Positions 16,730-25,847 are shown, counted from the stretch's first letter. The stretch: 32,000 bases of DNA from Paenibacillus solanacearum (GCF_910593845.1 NZ_CAJVAS010000011.1:43247-75246); one strand, 5' to 3'. Notes: a model not told the origin generated them from the sequence alone. A program made the numbers and translations.

Positions 16730-17956
16730 TTACAGCTGTGACGTTTCTTTTGCCGCGGAAGCGGACGCGCTGGGCTGCATGGAGAATTTGGGAAGCTTGA
16801 GCAGCAGCGCTACGAATAGAAGCATGCTGCCCGTCATGACGAATACAATCGGGATCGACAGCTGGGTCGCCAGGAAGCCTCCGGCCAGCGGGCCGATCAG
16901 CAGCCCGAGCTGGTTGGCCGACTGGTTCAGCCCGAAGGCGCGGCTGCGAAACGCGGGATCCGTATGCTGGGCGATGAATGCATTGAGCGCGGGAAATACG
17001 GCGGCGAAGAACAGCCCGTAGACGAAACGCAGCGAACCGAAGCCGACCAGGCTGTGGAACGCGATCTGGAGCAGGTTGCCGATTCCGCCGCCGAGCAGGC
17101 CGATGAACAGCACCTTCTCATATCCGATCCGCGCGCCGTATTTGCCCCAGAACGGCGCCGAGATGAGCGTGGCGATTCCGACGGCGGAGAAAATGATGCC
17201 CGCGTTGAGCGAGGCGGACGATTCGCTGGAGCCGAGCTTCAGCACGTACACCGTAAGCAGCGGTTCGAGCAGCATCGTCGCGGTGGACGTAATGAACACG
17301 ACGACCAGCGCGCCCATCAAGACCCGGTTGGAGGCGGCCGCCTTCAGATCGCTGATGACCGATGATCGCCGGGCCTCCGATTTTTTGAACGAAGGCTCCT
17401 TCACCCAGAACAGAGCGATCAGGAACGCGATAAATACCATGCTGCCCGCCACAAAAAAAGTATCGCGGGGTCCGATCATATGACTGACGACCCCTCCGAT
17501 TAACGGGCCGATGACGGACGCCGCGGCGCTGGCGGTAGAAATGATGCCGAGTGCGTAGCCGACATGTTTATCCGGCGTATTGGTGGCCACGAGCGCAATG
17601 GCTGACGGGATGTAGCCGGCGAGCAAGCCTTCGAGAATCCGGGCCGCGATCAGTTCATACGGATTTTGCACGATGAAGTACAAGAAGTAAGCAAGCGACA
17701 GGCAGATGCCTGCGCGCAGCATCATCGGCTTGCGCCCGTATTTGTCCGCGACGGAGCCCCAGAACGGCGCGATCAGCGAGCTGGCCAGGAAGGTGGCGGA
17801 GAAGATGATTCCCGTCCATGCTTCCAGATGGTCCGTAACCCCCAAGTCTTCCTGCAAGTAGATCGACATGAACGGGATGGACACCGAGTACGCCATGCTG
17901 ACCAGAAAGGTGCCGATCCATAAGAAAAATAAATTGCGCTTCCACGAGTAAGCCAA
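16730..17956 (-). CDS. MFS multidrug-efflux-type transporter, MdtG-like
   Basis: The N-terminus WKRNLFFLWIGTFLVSMAYSVSIPFMSIYLQEDLGVT...FWGSVADKYGRKPMMLRA closely parallels my memory of E. coli MdtG (WKRNL..W.G.F...PF.P.Y...LGVT...FWG.LAD..GRK.M.LR). It has a TTG start with the SD AAGGAAG 10 nt upstream. Confidence 0.9.
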   Translation of the reverse strand: MAYSWKRNLFFLWIGTFLVSMAYSVSIPFMSIYLQEDLGVTDHLEAWTGIIFSATFLASSLIAPFWGSVADKYGRKPMMLRAGICLSLAYFLYFIVQNPYELIAARILEGLLAGYIPSAIALVATNTPDKHVGYALGIISTASAAASVIGPLIGGVVSHMIGPRDTFFVAGSMVFIAFLIALFWVKEPSFKKSEARRSSVISDLKAAASNRVLMGALVVVFITSTATMLLEPLLTVYVLKLGSSESSASLNAGIIFSAVGIATLISAPFWGKYGARIGYEKVLFIGLLGGGIGNLLQIAFHSLVGFGSLRFVYGLFFAAVFPALNAFIAQHTDPAFRSRAFGLNQSANQLGLLIGPLAGGFLATQLSIPIVFVMTGSMLLFVALLLKLPKFSMQPSASASAAKETSQL

Positions 17957-18026
17957 CTGAGCTGCACTTCCTTATTGAACATAGTCATAAGCTGTAAAAC
18001 CGACGCGCATTACATACCGTTCGCAG

Positions 18027-18056
18027 CACAAAACGAAGCGGCACGCGGCCGCTTTG
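18027..18056 (-). terminator. Terminator-like hairpin inside the 5' leader of the MFS gene (candidate attenuator)
   Basis: The minus strand reads CAAAGCGGC cgcgt GCCGCTTCG (8 of 9 pairs) followed by TTTTGTG. It lies about 75 nt upstream of the TTG start at 17956. No upstream minus-strand gene exists for it to terminate. Confidence 0.45.
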
Positions 18057-18133
18057 CCATTTCTACGGGTGTTGAGACGAAGAACTGCCGCCGGACAGGC
18101 CGTCGCTCGCGCTGCGAGGCTTTCGATGCTCCA

Positions 18134-18142
18134 AGTATAACA
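18134..18142 (-). promoter_or_regulatory. Extended -10 element (TGtTATACT), candidate promoter for the MFS leader
   Basis: The minus strand reads TGTTATACT. There is no good -35. It would give a leader of about 170 nt containing the hairpin at 18027-18056. Confidence 0.35.
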
Positions 18143-18197
18143 CAACGGTGCGGTCCGGGGAGCCGTTTCATCGCTCAGCCAAATATTGCAGGGCCTC

Positions 18198-18226
18198 TTG
18201 TATTGTGCGGAGCCTTTCAATATGAT
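18198..18226 (+). promoter_or_regulatory. Sigma-A-like promoter of the molybdopterin oxidoreductase gene
   Basis: TTGTAT (18198-18203), a 17-nt spacer, then TATGAT (18221-18226). The SD GGGGGAGGG follows before ATG 18259. Confidence 0.5.
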
Positions 18227-18258
18227 GTGGGTAACGGAATGGATAGGGGGAGGGCACC

Positions 18259-20304
18259 ATGAAAAATACATTGATCGATCGGCATACGGGCGTCGTTCCC
18301 GCCGTCTGTTCGCTGGACTGTCCGGACCAATGCGGGCTGCTCATTCATAAAGAAGCGGGAACGATTGTGAAAATTGAAGGCGACCCTGCGCACCCGGTGA
18401 CGCAAGGGGCGATCTGCAACAAGGTGAGGCATATGGCCGAGCGGATATACGATGCGAAGCGGCTTCGCTACCCGATGAAGCGGGTGGGCGAGAAGGGCGG
18501 GGACCGGTTCGAGCGCATCACGTGGGAGGAAGCGATCGAGTCGATTACATCGAACTGGAAGAGACTCATTGCCGAAGACGGGGCGGAATCGATACTTCCC
18601 TACAGCTTTTACGGCAATATGGGGCTGCTCGGGACGGAAGGAATGGACCGGCGTTTCTTTCACCGGTTGGGGGCCAGCCGATTGATGTATACGATCTGTC
18701 AGGCCGCGGGAACCGAAGGTTACCGGTATACGATGGGAGGCGGCTACGGAACCGACCCGGAGGATACCGTTCACGCAAAGCTGTTCATCTTCTGGGGAAT
18801 TAACGCGGTCAGCACGAATATGCACCAGGTCATGCTCGCGGAGAAGGCGCGTAAGAACAGAGCGCAGATCGTGGTCATCGACGTCCACAAAAATCAGACC
18901 GGCCGCTGGGCGGACTGGTTTATTCCGGTGCGGCCGGGTACGGATACGGCGCTTGCGCTCGGACTGATGCATGTATTATTCGCCGAACAGCTGACCGATG
19001 AATCGTTCCTTCGCGAATATACGGTCGGCCACGAGGAGCTCCGGCGCCATGTGCGCTCGTACGATCCGCAGACCGTTTCCGCCATTACGGGCGTGCCGGT
19101 AGACGATATATACAAGCTGGCGCGCATGTACGGCACGATCTCGCCGTCCTTTATCCGGATCGGCAACGGCCCGCAGCACCACGACAACGGAGGCATGTGC
19201 ATCAGGACGATCGCTTGTCTGCCCGCGCTTACCGGCGCGTGGCTCTACAAGGGCGGCGGCGCGATCAAAGGGAACAGCGCCTACCTGGATCATAACGTCG
19301 CGGCGCTGCAGCGTCCGAGTCTGATGAAGAAAGGCACGCGTCGCATCAATATGAACTTGCTTGGGAGCGCCTTGCTGGAGCTGGAGCCGCCGATCAAGTC
19401 GCTGTACGTATACAATTCCAATCCGGCCGTCGTCGCGCCAAACGCGAGTAAAGTAAGACAAGGATTGGCGCGGGACGATTTGTTCACGGTCGTGCATGAC
19501 CTGTTCCTTACCGAGACGGCCAAATACGCCGATATTGTGCTGCCGGCGACGTCGTCGTTCGAGAATACGGACTTCTACCGATCGTATTGGCATCATTACG
19601 TACAAATTCAGCAGCCCGTGATCGAGCCGTATGCGGAAAGCAAGTCCAACGTGGACGTGTTTCGCTTACTGGCACGCGCCATGGGCTTCGAAGAGCAGGC
19701 GCTTCAGGATACGGAGGAGGACATGATCCGTCAGGCGCTGGATCATCCCGGCAATCCGGTACTCGAGGGAATGACCTACGAGCGGCTCGTAGAGAAGCAG
19801 TTTCTCAAGGGGAAGGTGAAGCCGCTGTTCCCCGGCAAGCTGCGAACGCCCAGCGGCAAGATCGAGCTGTACTCTAAGCAAATGGAACGCAGCGGTTATC
19901 CGCCGCTTCCGACGTATGCGCCGCTGGCTGAGGAAGAAGGCGATCTTCCGTTTCTGTTCATCCCCGCGCCGAATCACAATTTCTTGAATTCGACGTTTGC
20001 TCACAACGAGAAGCATGTCCGCATGGAAAAAACGCCGCGTCTGCACATGAACGCGCAGGATGCCGCCGCGCTCGGCATTGCCAGCGGCGACCGGGTGCGT
20101 GTATGGAATCGCCGAGGCGAGTGCGAGCTTACCGCCGCCGCGGGAGATGATGTGCTGCCCGGTGTCGTCGTGAGCCAAGGGCTGTGGGCGGATGCGCCGG
20201 GACGCAAGCAGCTGGTCAATGCGCTGACGCCGGATCGGGTGGCGGATATGGGCGGTGGGGCGACCTTTTTCTCCGGCAGGGTGCAGGTAGAGAAGCTTCC
20301 CTGA
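18259..20304 (+). CDS. Molybdopterin (bis-MGD) oxidoreductase family protein with an N-terminal 4Fe-4S motif (YoaE/YyaE-like, formate dehydrogenase-related)
   Basis: It carries the N-terminal Cys cluster CSLDCPDQCG...GAICNKV. At 681 aa it is close to the size of Bacillus YoaE. The middle region matches the MopB family, and the C-terminal MGD-binding barrel includes GDRVRVWNRRGECELTA. Confidence 0.9.
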   Translation: MKNTLIDRHTGVVPAVCSLDCPDQCGLLIHKEAGTIVKIEGDPAHPVTQGAICNKVRHMAERIYDAKRLRYPMKRVGEKGGDRFERITWEEAIESITSNWKRLIAEDGAESILPYSFYGNMGLLGTEGMDRRFFHRLGASRLMYTICQAAGTEGYRYTMGGGYGTDPEDTVHAKLFIFWGINAVSTNMHQVMLAEKARKNRAQIVVIDVHKNQTGRWADWFIPVRPGTDTALALGLMHVLFAEQLTDESFLREYTVGHEELRRHVRSYDPQTVSAITGVPVDDIYKLARMYGTISPSFIRIGNGPQHHDNGGMCIRTIACLPALTGAWLYKGGGAIKGNSAYLDHNVAALQRPSLMKKGTRRINMNLLGSALLELEPPIKSLYVYNSNPAVVAPNASKVRQGLARDDLFTVVHDLFLTETAKYADIVLPATSSFENTDFYRSYWHHYVQIQQPVIEPYAESKSNVDVFRLLARAMGFEEQALQDTEEDMIRQALDHPGNPVLEGMTYERLVEKQFLKGKVKPLFPGKLRTPSGKIELYSKQMERSGYPPLPTYAPLAEEEGDLPFLFIPAPNHNFLNSTFAHNEKHVRMEKTPRLHMNAQDAAALGIASGDRVRVWNRRGECELTAAAGDDVLPGVVVSQGLWADAPGRKQLVNALTPDRVADMGGGATFFSGRVQVEKLP

Positions 20305-20554
20305 ACGGCGCAGAGCGGTTCGCCTTTGTCGCGACTGCTCGGGGGAGAATCGGATGGGCCGCCGCGAGGGGTTCGATCGACTGCCATGCAGCGCCGCAAC
20401 GCGCGCATTGGCTTCGTGCGTGTCGGAAAGCCGGACGCCCGGCGTGCGGGGACGACCGCGGCTGAGGCTGTCGGCGAAGGGCTTGTCGCATGAAGCGAGA
20501 GCTGAGAGCTGCAAGTCCAACGGGAAAGAAAATGGCGGAGTCGCTCCGTCTTGA

Positions 20555-20601
20555 GCCTGTCACCGGACGCTTGATGCGTACGGCGACGGGCTTCTTTGTT
20601 T
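20555..20601 (+). terminator. Rho-independent-type terminator 250 nt downstream of the oxidoreductase stop
   Basis: GCCTGTCACCGGACGC (20555-20570) pairs with GCGTACGGCGACGGGC (20576-20591). That gives 13 Watson-Crick pairs, one G-U pair and two mismatches, with a 5-nt loop. TTCTTTGTTT follows. Confidence 0.5.
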
Positions 20602-20760
20602 CCGCGGTTAGCGATCAACTGGCTGTCCGTCCGCGCAAGATCTCCGTGCAAAGCGGCTGCTCGCGCGTCACGCCCTGCGGAATGGGACGCCAATGGCATG
20701 GATAAATTAAGAAGCAATGACCTTATGAACCGGCAACCGCCGGATGCAGGAGCGTGCGCA

Positions 20761-23436
20761 ATGAAACAAATATACAGCATATATAGAACGGACCTGCGCA
20801 ATATTGCCCGCGTGCCTACCGGACTTCTGCTCATGGCTGCGCTCGCCGTGCTGCCATCGGTATACGCCTGGATCAATCTGTTCGCGATGTGGGACCCGTA
20901 CAGCAACACGTCGGGCATTAAGATTGCCGTGACCAGTCTGGACGAAGGGGCGACGTTTCAAACGCAATCGTTCAATATCGGCACCGAAGTCGTGGAAAGC
21001 TTGAAAACCAACCATCAGCTCGGCTGGACGTTTGTGGATGAAAACGAAGCGCTGCAAGGCGTCGAACGCGGCCGGTACTACGCCAGCCTGCTCTTTCCGG
21101 CCGACTTCTCTCAGAAGATAGCCGCTAGCGTGAGCGGCAATACGCAGAAGCCGGAAATCGTATACACCGTGAACGAAAAGCTTAATGCGGTCGCCCCGAA
21201 AATTACGGAAAAAGGCGCAACGAACGTGACCGCGCAAATCAGCGAAAATTTGATTCGCACCGTAAGCGAGACGGTGCTGACCCGCATGAAGGAGCTCGGG
21301 ATGGAATTCGAGCAGCAGCTGCCGACGATTCGCCGTATCGAAAGCCGGATTCTGGAGCTGGAGAAGCGGCTGCCCGATATCGAAGCAGTCGGGGAACAAG
21401 CGCTAGACCTTGAGCAGAAGCTGCCGCAAATTCGCGAGAAAGCCGATAAAATCGTCGCGCTGGAGCAGCGCATCCCCGAGATCGATCGAGCAGGCCAAGC
21501 GCTGCTGAACGTCGAGGAGCGGTGGCCCCGCATCAATGAAGCGGCGCAGGATGTGCTGCTGCTTCAAGAGAAGCTGCCCGACCTTCAGCGCGTGGCGAGC
21601 CGGGTGACCGAGCTCGATCAGCATTTCGATCAAGTCGAGGCGGCGCTGAAAAAGGTCATCCAGGATACCGGCAAGGCGAATGAAATCGTGGAAACGGCGC
21701 TAGCCGCCATCCCGAAGCTCGAGGCTATTGCTGCGGACGGTGGTGCATTTGCCGATCAGCTCAGCCGTTTCCTGCAAAACAATAACGCCGCATTCGAGGC
21801 GATGATTCCGGTCATCCGGCAAAACTTGATCCTGCTGCAGCAGACGGCGGATGCGGTTCAGCAAGTGACTGCGCTGCTGCAAAGCGCGAACATCGATCCG
21901 AAGCCGGTGCTCGCGGCGCTCGCGTTCGCTGCGGACCGGGCGGAAGGCGCGGCCCGTATCGCCGGAGCGATAGCCGATTTGTTCGCGAGGCTGGATGACT
22001 ATGTGCCAGGCGCTTCGCTGAGCCATGCCGAGGAACGGCTCGGCGCAGTGAACGTGAACATGAAGGAGCTGGCGCAAACGATGCGCTCGATCGCTTCGGC
22101 GATCGAGCGGGGAGAGCAGCCGGCCAAGACGGTCGTCGACCGGCTGAACACGCTGTCCCGGGAAGCGAGCGCGATTCTCGGCGACATCTTATCTCGCTAC
22201 GATACGGAAATCGTGCCGAATATGAAGACAGCACTGAACCGGCTCCAGTCCGTCGCGCAGAATGCCACGGATGTATTGCAGACGGCCAAAACGAAACTGC
22301 CGGACTTCCAAGCGATCCTGCAGGATGCGCAGCAGGGAATCCGGTTTGTCCAAGCGGGCTTGGACGCGCTGCAGGGAGACATGCCGCAAATTCGCTCGCG
22401 CATCCACGACACATCCGTTTCGCTCCAACAGCGAATGAGTGAAGTGACGCAAGCTGTGAACGCGGCGGCGGCCTTCGTCCGTGACGATTTACCGGGAGTA
22501 GAACAAAAGCTGCACCGGGCCGCCGATTTCGTGCGCAACGATTTGCCGGCTGCGGAAGCGGAGCTGCGCCGCGTGTCCGAGCTGTACCGGACGCATTTCG
22601 CGGATGTGGAGGGCGTCATCCATCAAACCGCCGATTTCGTGCGCGACGATTTACCCGCCTTTGAAGCGGCCGTCCACAAGGCAGCCGATCAAATCCGGCG
22701 GCTCGAGGGCGAGAACAATATCGACGCGCTGCTCGATTGGCTGCGCAGCGATACCGGGCGGGAAAGCGATTTTTTGGCCAATCCGGTGCTGATCAAGGAA
22801 ATCAAGAAGTTCCCGATCCCGAATTACGGCTCGGCGATGTCGCCCTTCTATACGACGCTTTCTTTGTGGGTGGGCGCAATGCTCCTCGTATCGTTAATGA
22901 GGGTGGATGTGGAGGACGTGGAGCGCATATATAAAAGTCATGAGGTGTATTTCGGAAGAATGTGCATCTTCCTGACGATCGGCTTATGTCAGGCTGTAAT
23001 CGTTTCGCTCGGCGATTTCTTTATTCTCGGTACGTATGTCGCGAGCAAATTCGGCTTCGTGCTGTTTGCCTGTTTGATCAGCGCGGTATTCGTGACGATT
23101 ACGTACACGCTCGTATCTGTGTTCGGCAATATCGGCAAAGGGCTGGCGATTATATTTCTGGTGCTGCAGTTCTCAAGCTCCGGCGGTACGTTCCCGGTCA
23201 GCACGGCGGCGCCGTTCTTTCAAAAGCTGAATCCCCTCGTGCCGTTTACGTATGCGGTCGGGTTGATGCGCGAGGCCGTGGGCGGCATGCTGCCGGGCGT
23301 CGTTGCTAAGCAAATCTTATTTCTGCTCGGGTTTATAGCGGTCTGCTACATCGTGGCGCTTGCGCTCAAAAAGCCGCTCAGCGGTTACACGGAACGCGTA
23401 GCCAAGAAGGCGAAGCAGACGAAGCTGATCTCGTAG
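20761..23436 (+). CDS. YhgE/Pip domain-containing membrane protein (phage infection protein family)
   Basis: MKQIYSIYRTDLRNIARVP...LPSVYAWINLFAMWDPY...YYASLLFPADFS is the YhgE/Pip N-terminal signature. A long central coiled-coil repeat region follows. The C-terminal ABC-2-like 5-TM domain includes FSSSGGTFP. The SD AGGAG lies 8 nt upstream of ATG 20761. The track start 20596 adds an implausible R/A-rich extension. Confidence 0.9.
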   Translation: MKQIYSIYRTDLRNIARVPTGLLLMAALAVLPSVYAWINLFAMWDPYSNTSGIKIAVTSLDEGATFQTQSFNIGTEVVESLKTNHQLGWTFVDENEALQGVERGRYYASLLFPADFSQKIAASVSGNTQKPEIVYTVNEKLNAVAPKITEKGATNVTAQISENLIRTVSETVLTRMKELGMEFEQQLPTIRRIESRILELEKRLPDIEAVGEQALDLEQKLPQIREKADKIVALEQRIPEIDRAGQALLNVEERWPRINEAAQDVLLLQEKLPDLQRVASRVTELDQHFDQVEAALKKVIQDTGKANEIVETALAAIPKLEAIAADGGAFADQLSRFLQNNNAAFEAMIPVIRQNLILLQQTADAVQQVTALLQSANIDPKPVLAALAFAADRAEGAARIAGAIADLFARLDDYVPGASLSHAEERLGAVNVNMKELAQTMRSIASAIERGEQPAKTVVDRLNTLSREASAILGDILSRYDTEIVPNMKTALNRLQSVAQNATDVLQTAKTKLPDFQAILQDAQQGIRFVQAGLDALQGDMPQIRSRIHDTSVSLQQRMSEVTQAVNAAAAFVRDDLPGVEQKLHRAADFVRNDLPAAEAELRRVSELYRTHFADVEGVIHQTADFVRDDLPAFEAAVHKAADQIRRLEGENNIDALLDWLRSDTGRESDFLANPVLIKEIKKFPIPNYGSAMSPFYTTLSLWVGAMLLVSLMRVDVEDVERIYKSHEVYFGRMCIFLTIGLCQAVIVSLGDFFILGTYVASKFGFVLFACLISAVFVTITYTLVSVFGNIGKGLAIIFLVLQFSSSGGTFPVSTAAPFFQKLNPLVPFTYAVGLMREAVGGMLPGVVAKQILFLLGFIAVCYIVALALKKPLSGYTERVAKKAKQTKLIS

Positions 23437-23604
23437 CACTCTAGCGAAAACAACTATACCCAAAAATTACCTTGCCGATGCAAACGCCGCGAACCTATCG
23501 TTAAACAAGAAGAACTTGAGACGAATGGGGGAGCCGGCATGAACGTTGAAGTGAAACGACGGCTGCCTTCGCATAGAATGAAGGAAGGGCGAGGAGGTGC
23601 TCCA

Positions 23605-24060
23605 ATGACGCTGCACAAGTGGTTGTATCGGCTGGCGCGCATGTACTGGAAAATACGGCGTCCGGTTACGATGGGCTGCCGAGCGGTCGTCGTGCAGAAC
23701 GGCAGCGTGCTGCTGGTACGCCAGACGTATGTGGAGGGTTGGTATTTGCCGGGCGGCGGGGTCAAGCGGGGAGAGAGCTTCCAGGAAGCGGTTGTGCGCG
23801 AGGTGGCGGAGGAATGCGGCTTGGCTGCGGCCCATCCGCGGCTGCTTCAGCTGTATACGAGCCGGAACGAAGGGAAGATCGACCATATCGCATTGTTCGA
23901 GATTAACGAATTCACCGGAATCCCCCGGGCCAAGCCCGACAAGGAAATTGCCGAGCTCCGTTTTTTTGCGATGGACCGTTTGCCTGACGGCACGTCGCCG
24001 GCTACACGAAGGCGCATCGGGGAATACGCGGCGAACCAGTTCCGCGCCGAGCGCTGGTAA
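23605..24060 (+). CDS. NUDIX hydrolase
   Basis: The Nudix box is GGGVKRGESFQEAVVREVAEECGL. The SD GAGGAGG lies 7 nt upstream of ATG 23605 (MTLHKWLYRL...). ATG 23539 is a possible longer start. Confidence 0.85.
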   Translation: MTLHKWLYRLARMYWKIRRPVTMGCRAVVVQNGSVLLVRQTYVEGWYLPGGGVKRGESFQEAVVREVAEECGLAAAHPRLLQLYTSRNEGKIDHIALFEINEFTGIPRAKPDKEIAELRFFAMDRLPDGTSPATRRRIGEYAANQFRAERW

Positions 24061-24175
24061 AGGGATGGCGAAGCCCCCTTGCATGGTCGCCGCAGCTGGA
24101 TGATCGGTAACGAGGCGGCTACCGATGATCTGCCGCGGGCTGCCCGGCAAGGGGACTTCGTCGAACGGCTGCTCG

Positions 24176-24694
24176 TTAACCGAGGGCAGCCAGATAGGCG
24201 TCGAGCTTGTCGAACGTTCCGCCGAATCCTTGGTGCATGGATTCGTGCATCGAACCGAAGAAGCGGATTTCTTCCTCCGTCGCGTTGTAAGGACGTCCTC
24301 GCAGCGTCAAGATCGTTATGCCGTCCTGCTCCTCGAACGTGAACGTGTTCATCACTTCGAGCGGAAAGGACTCGCTGAAGGGAGGTCTTACCGTGTCGCC
24401 TTCGGTATTGGAGAAGCTGTTGGCGAATACGAGCTTTTCCGGCACGACGATTTCATAGAATGTGAATTTGCCCCAAAGGACATGCCCTTCCGGAGAAACC
24501 ATGCTGTAATGGAACAGGCCGCCGGGGCGAAGATCGAGCTTGGCGGAAGTGAATGTGAAGCCGACTGGCCCCCACCAATGCTTCAAATGCTCCTCTTTCG
24601 TCCACAATTCAAATACGAGATCGCGAGGTGCATTGAACGTGCGAGTAATGACCAGCTCGGCCGCCTCCAAATGTGCCGATTTGTTTTCGGACAT
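24176..24694 (-). CDS. SRPBCC superfamily protein (AHSA1/START-like)
   Basis: ITRTFNAPRDLVFELWTKEEHLKHWWGP is the typical AHSA1-family opening. The SD AGGAGG is present. It is the last gene of a three-gene minus-strand operon. Confidence 0.9.
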   Translation of the reverse strand: MSENKSAHLEAAELVITRTFNAPRDLVFELWTKEEHLKHWWGPVGFTFTSAKLDLRPGGLFHYSMVSPEGHVLWGKFTFYEIVVPEKLVFANSFSNTEGDTVRPPFSESFPLEVMNTFTFEEQDGITILTLRGRPYNATEEEIRFFGSMHESMHQGFGGTFDKLDAYLAALG

Positions 24695-24711
24695 GAACCA
24701 TTCCTCCTAAT

Positions 24712-25134
24712 TTACAATGTGTTTTGCGATGGCCGGATGAGGCTGCTCGTTACAAAATCCTGACTGGAACGTGCGCTGCGTCTTCTATGATAGAGAATGT
24801 ACGAACCTGCGGCAAACACGTAGAACAGCACGAAGAATATCCAACTGCTGGCCGGATCGCCGACAGCAATGACGGAATACATGGCGCCGCTCAAATCGAA
24901 GACGAGACCGGCGTAAGCCCATTCCTTCAATCGCGGAAATCCGGGAGTGACGATCGCAATGGAGCCCAGTATTTTGGCGATCCCGAGAAAAGGAAGCAGG
25001 TAGGCCGGATACCCCAAATGAGCGAAAATTGCTACAGAGTCCGAAGATGACATCAGATTCGGAATCGCTCCAAGAAACATGAACGCCGCGAAGGGCGCGG
25101 TGAAAGCCCAGTATAAAATGTTAATTTTCCTCAT
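24712..25134 (-). CDS. DoxX-like family membrane protein
   Basis: It is 140 aa with four hydrophobic helices. The motifs IAKILGSIAIVTPGFPRLKEWAYAG are typical of DoxX-like proteins. Confidence 0.8.
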   Translation of the reverse strand: MRKINILYWAFTAPFAAFMFLGAIPNLMSSSDSVAIFAHLGYPAYLLPFLGIAKILGSIAIVTPGFPRLKEWAYAGLVFDLSGAMYSVIAVGDPASSWIFFVLFYVFAAGSYILYHRRRSARSSQDFVTSSLIRPSQNTL

Positions 25135-25176
25135 AACGCATCCATCCTTCGTTATAGTTTGAACGTTCCCGATTCC

Positions 25177-25659
25177 TCACATGCACGCGAGCTGCGCCTC
25201 CAGACGATCCAGCGTCTGCTTGGCACCCTCGATCGCTCCGTATTCCTTAACGACTTTCTCCAGCTCCGCCGCGGACTTGAATTGCATTCGCATCGACAGA
25301 CCGGTCGCGAAGCCCTGCTCCGCGAACGTCACCGTCACCCGAAATTGCTCGTCATCTTCGTTGTCGCCGTGAGAATAGACAAGCCGTTCGGGCCGCTCCA
25401 CCTCGCGGTATGTAATCTTGTTGTCGTAGTCGGTGCCATCCGGACCGTGCATCACATAGCGCCAGACGCCGTCCGGTCTTACGTCGATTTCAAGGACGGT
25501 TAGCGTGAATCCTTTCGGTCCCCACCAATGGGGCAAATGCGCGGGATTGGTCCACGCGTCATACACCGTCTCGCGCGGCGCTTGAAACACCCGCTGAATG
25601 ATAAGTTCCCGATCTTGTACCTTCGTTACGATGCTTCCTGTCGCATTCTCTGCCGGCAT
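25177..25659 (-). CDS. SRPBCC superfamily protein (AHSA1/START-like), paralog of 24176..24694
   Basis: IQRVFQAPRETVYDAWTNPAHLPHWWGPKGF matches the family. I prefer the start at MPAENATG (25659) because GGAGGA lies 8 nt upstream. The track start GTG 25692 lacks an SD. Confidence 0.9.
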   Translation of the reverse strand: MPAENATGSIVTKVQDRELIIQRVFQAPRETVYDAWTNPAHLPHWWGPKGFTLTVLEIDVRPDGVWRYVMHGPDGTDYDNKITYREVERPERLVYSHGDNEDDEQFRVTVTFAEQGFATGLSMRMQFKSAAELEKVVKEYGAIEGAKQTLDRLEAQLACM

Positions 25660-25817
25660 CACTTCGTTCCTCCAATCGGTTAATAGGTTCACGTTCTTAC
25701 GGCAAGCAGGATGTTTGAACAGGCTGCCTCGCGTTCATCGCCGTAGCTTATATAAGCGACGGTATCGCGGATCTGCTTTCGTTGCCGGCCGCATCGTCTG
25801 ATCATGATTATGTCTGA

Positions 25818-25847
25818 AGTATACCTCAGTCGGAATATTCCTGTCAA
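25818..25847 (-). promoter_or_regulatory. Sigma-A-like promoter of the SRPBCC-DoxX-SRPBCC operon, with embedded palindromes
   Basis: The minus strand reads TTGACA (25847-25842), an 18-nt spacer, then TATACT (25823-25818). The spacer contains the perfect palindrome GGAATATTCC (25832-25841). The -10 lies inside the near-palindrome CTGAAGTATACCTCAG (25814-25829). Confidence 0.5.

Noticed and set aside
18010-18060. 16-codon minus-strand ORF (MAKRPRAASFCAANGM) spanning the leader hairpin of the MFS gene, considered as a leader peptide
   Set aside because: No Shine-Dalgarno sequence lies upstream of its ATG, so translation is not supported. It is kept only as a note within the attenuator finding.
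17990-18258. Possible Moco riboswitch upstream of the molybdopterin oxidoreductase, and likewise upstream of the yuiH-like gene at 2443-2580
   Set aside because: A sigma-A-like promoter at 18198-18226 leaves only about a 25-nt leader. I could not match the conserved Moco-motif core from memory (only a loose CCGGGGAGCC resemblance). An Infernal scan would settle it.
18217-20918. A chain of long minus-strand ORFs (18217..18972, 18976..19605, 19666..20520, 20001..20918)
   Set aside because: They are antisense to the molybdopterin oxidoreductase, with R/P/A/S-rich low-complexity translations and no RBSs. The plus-strand gene has clear family motifs.
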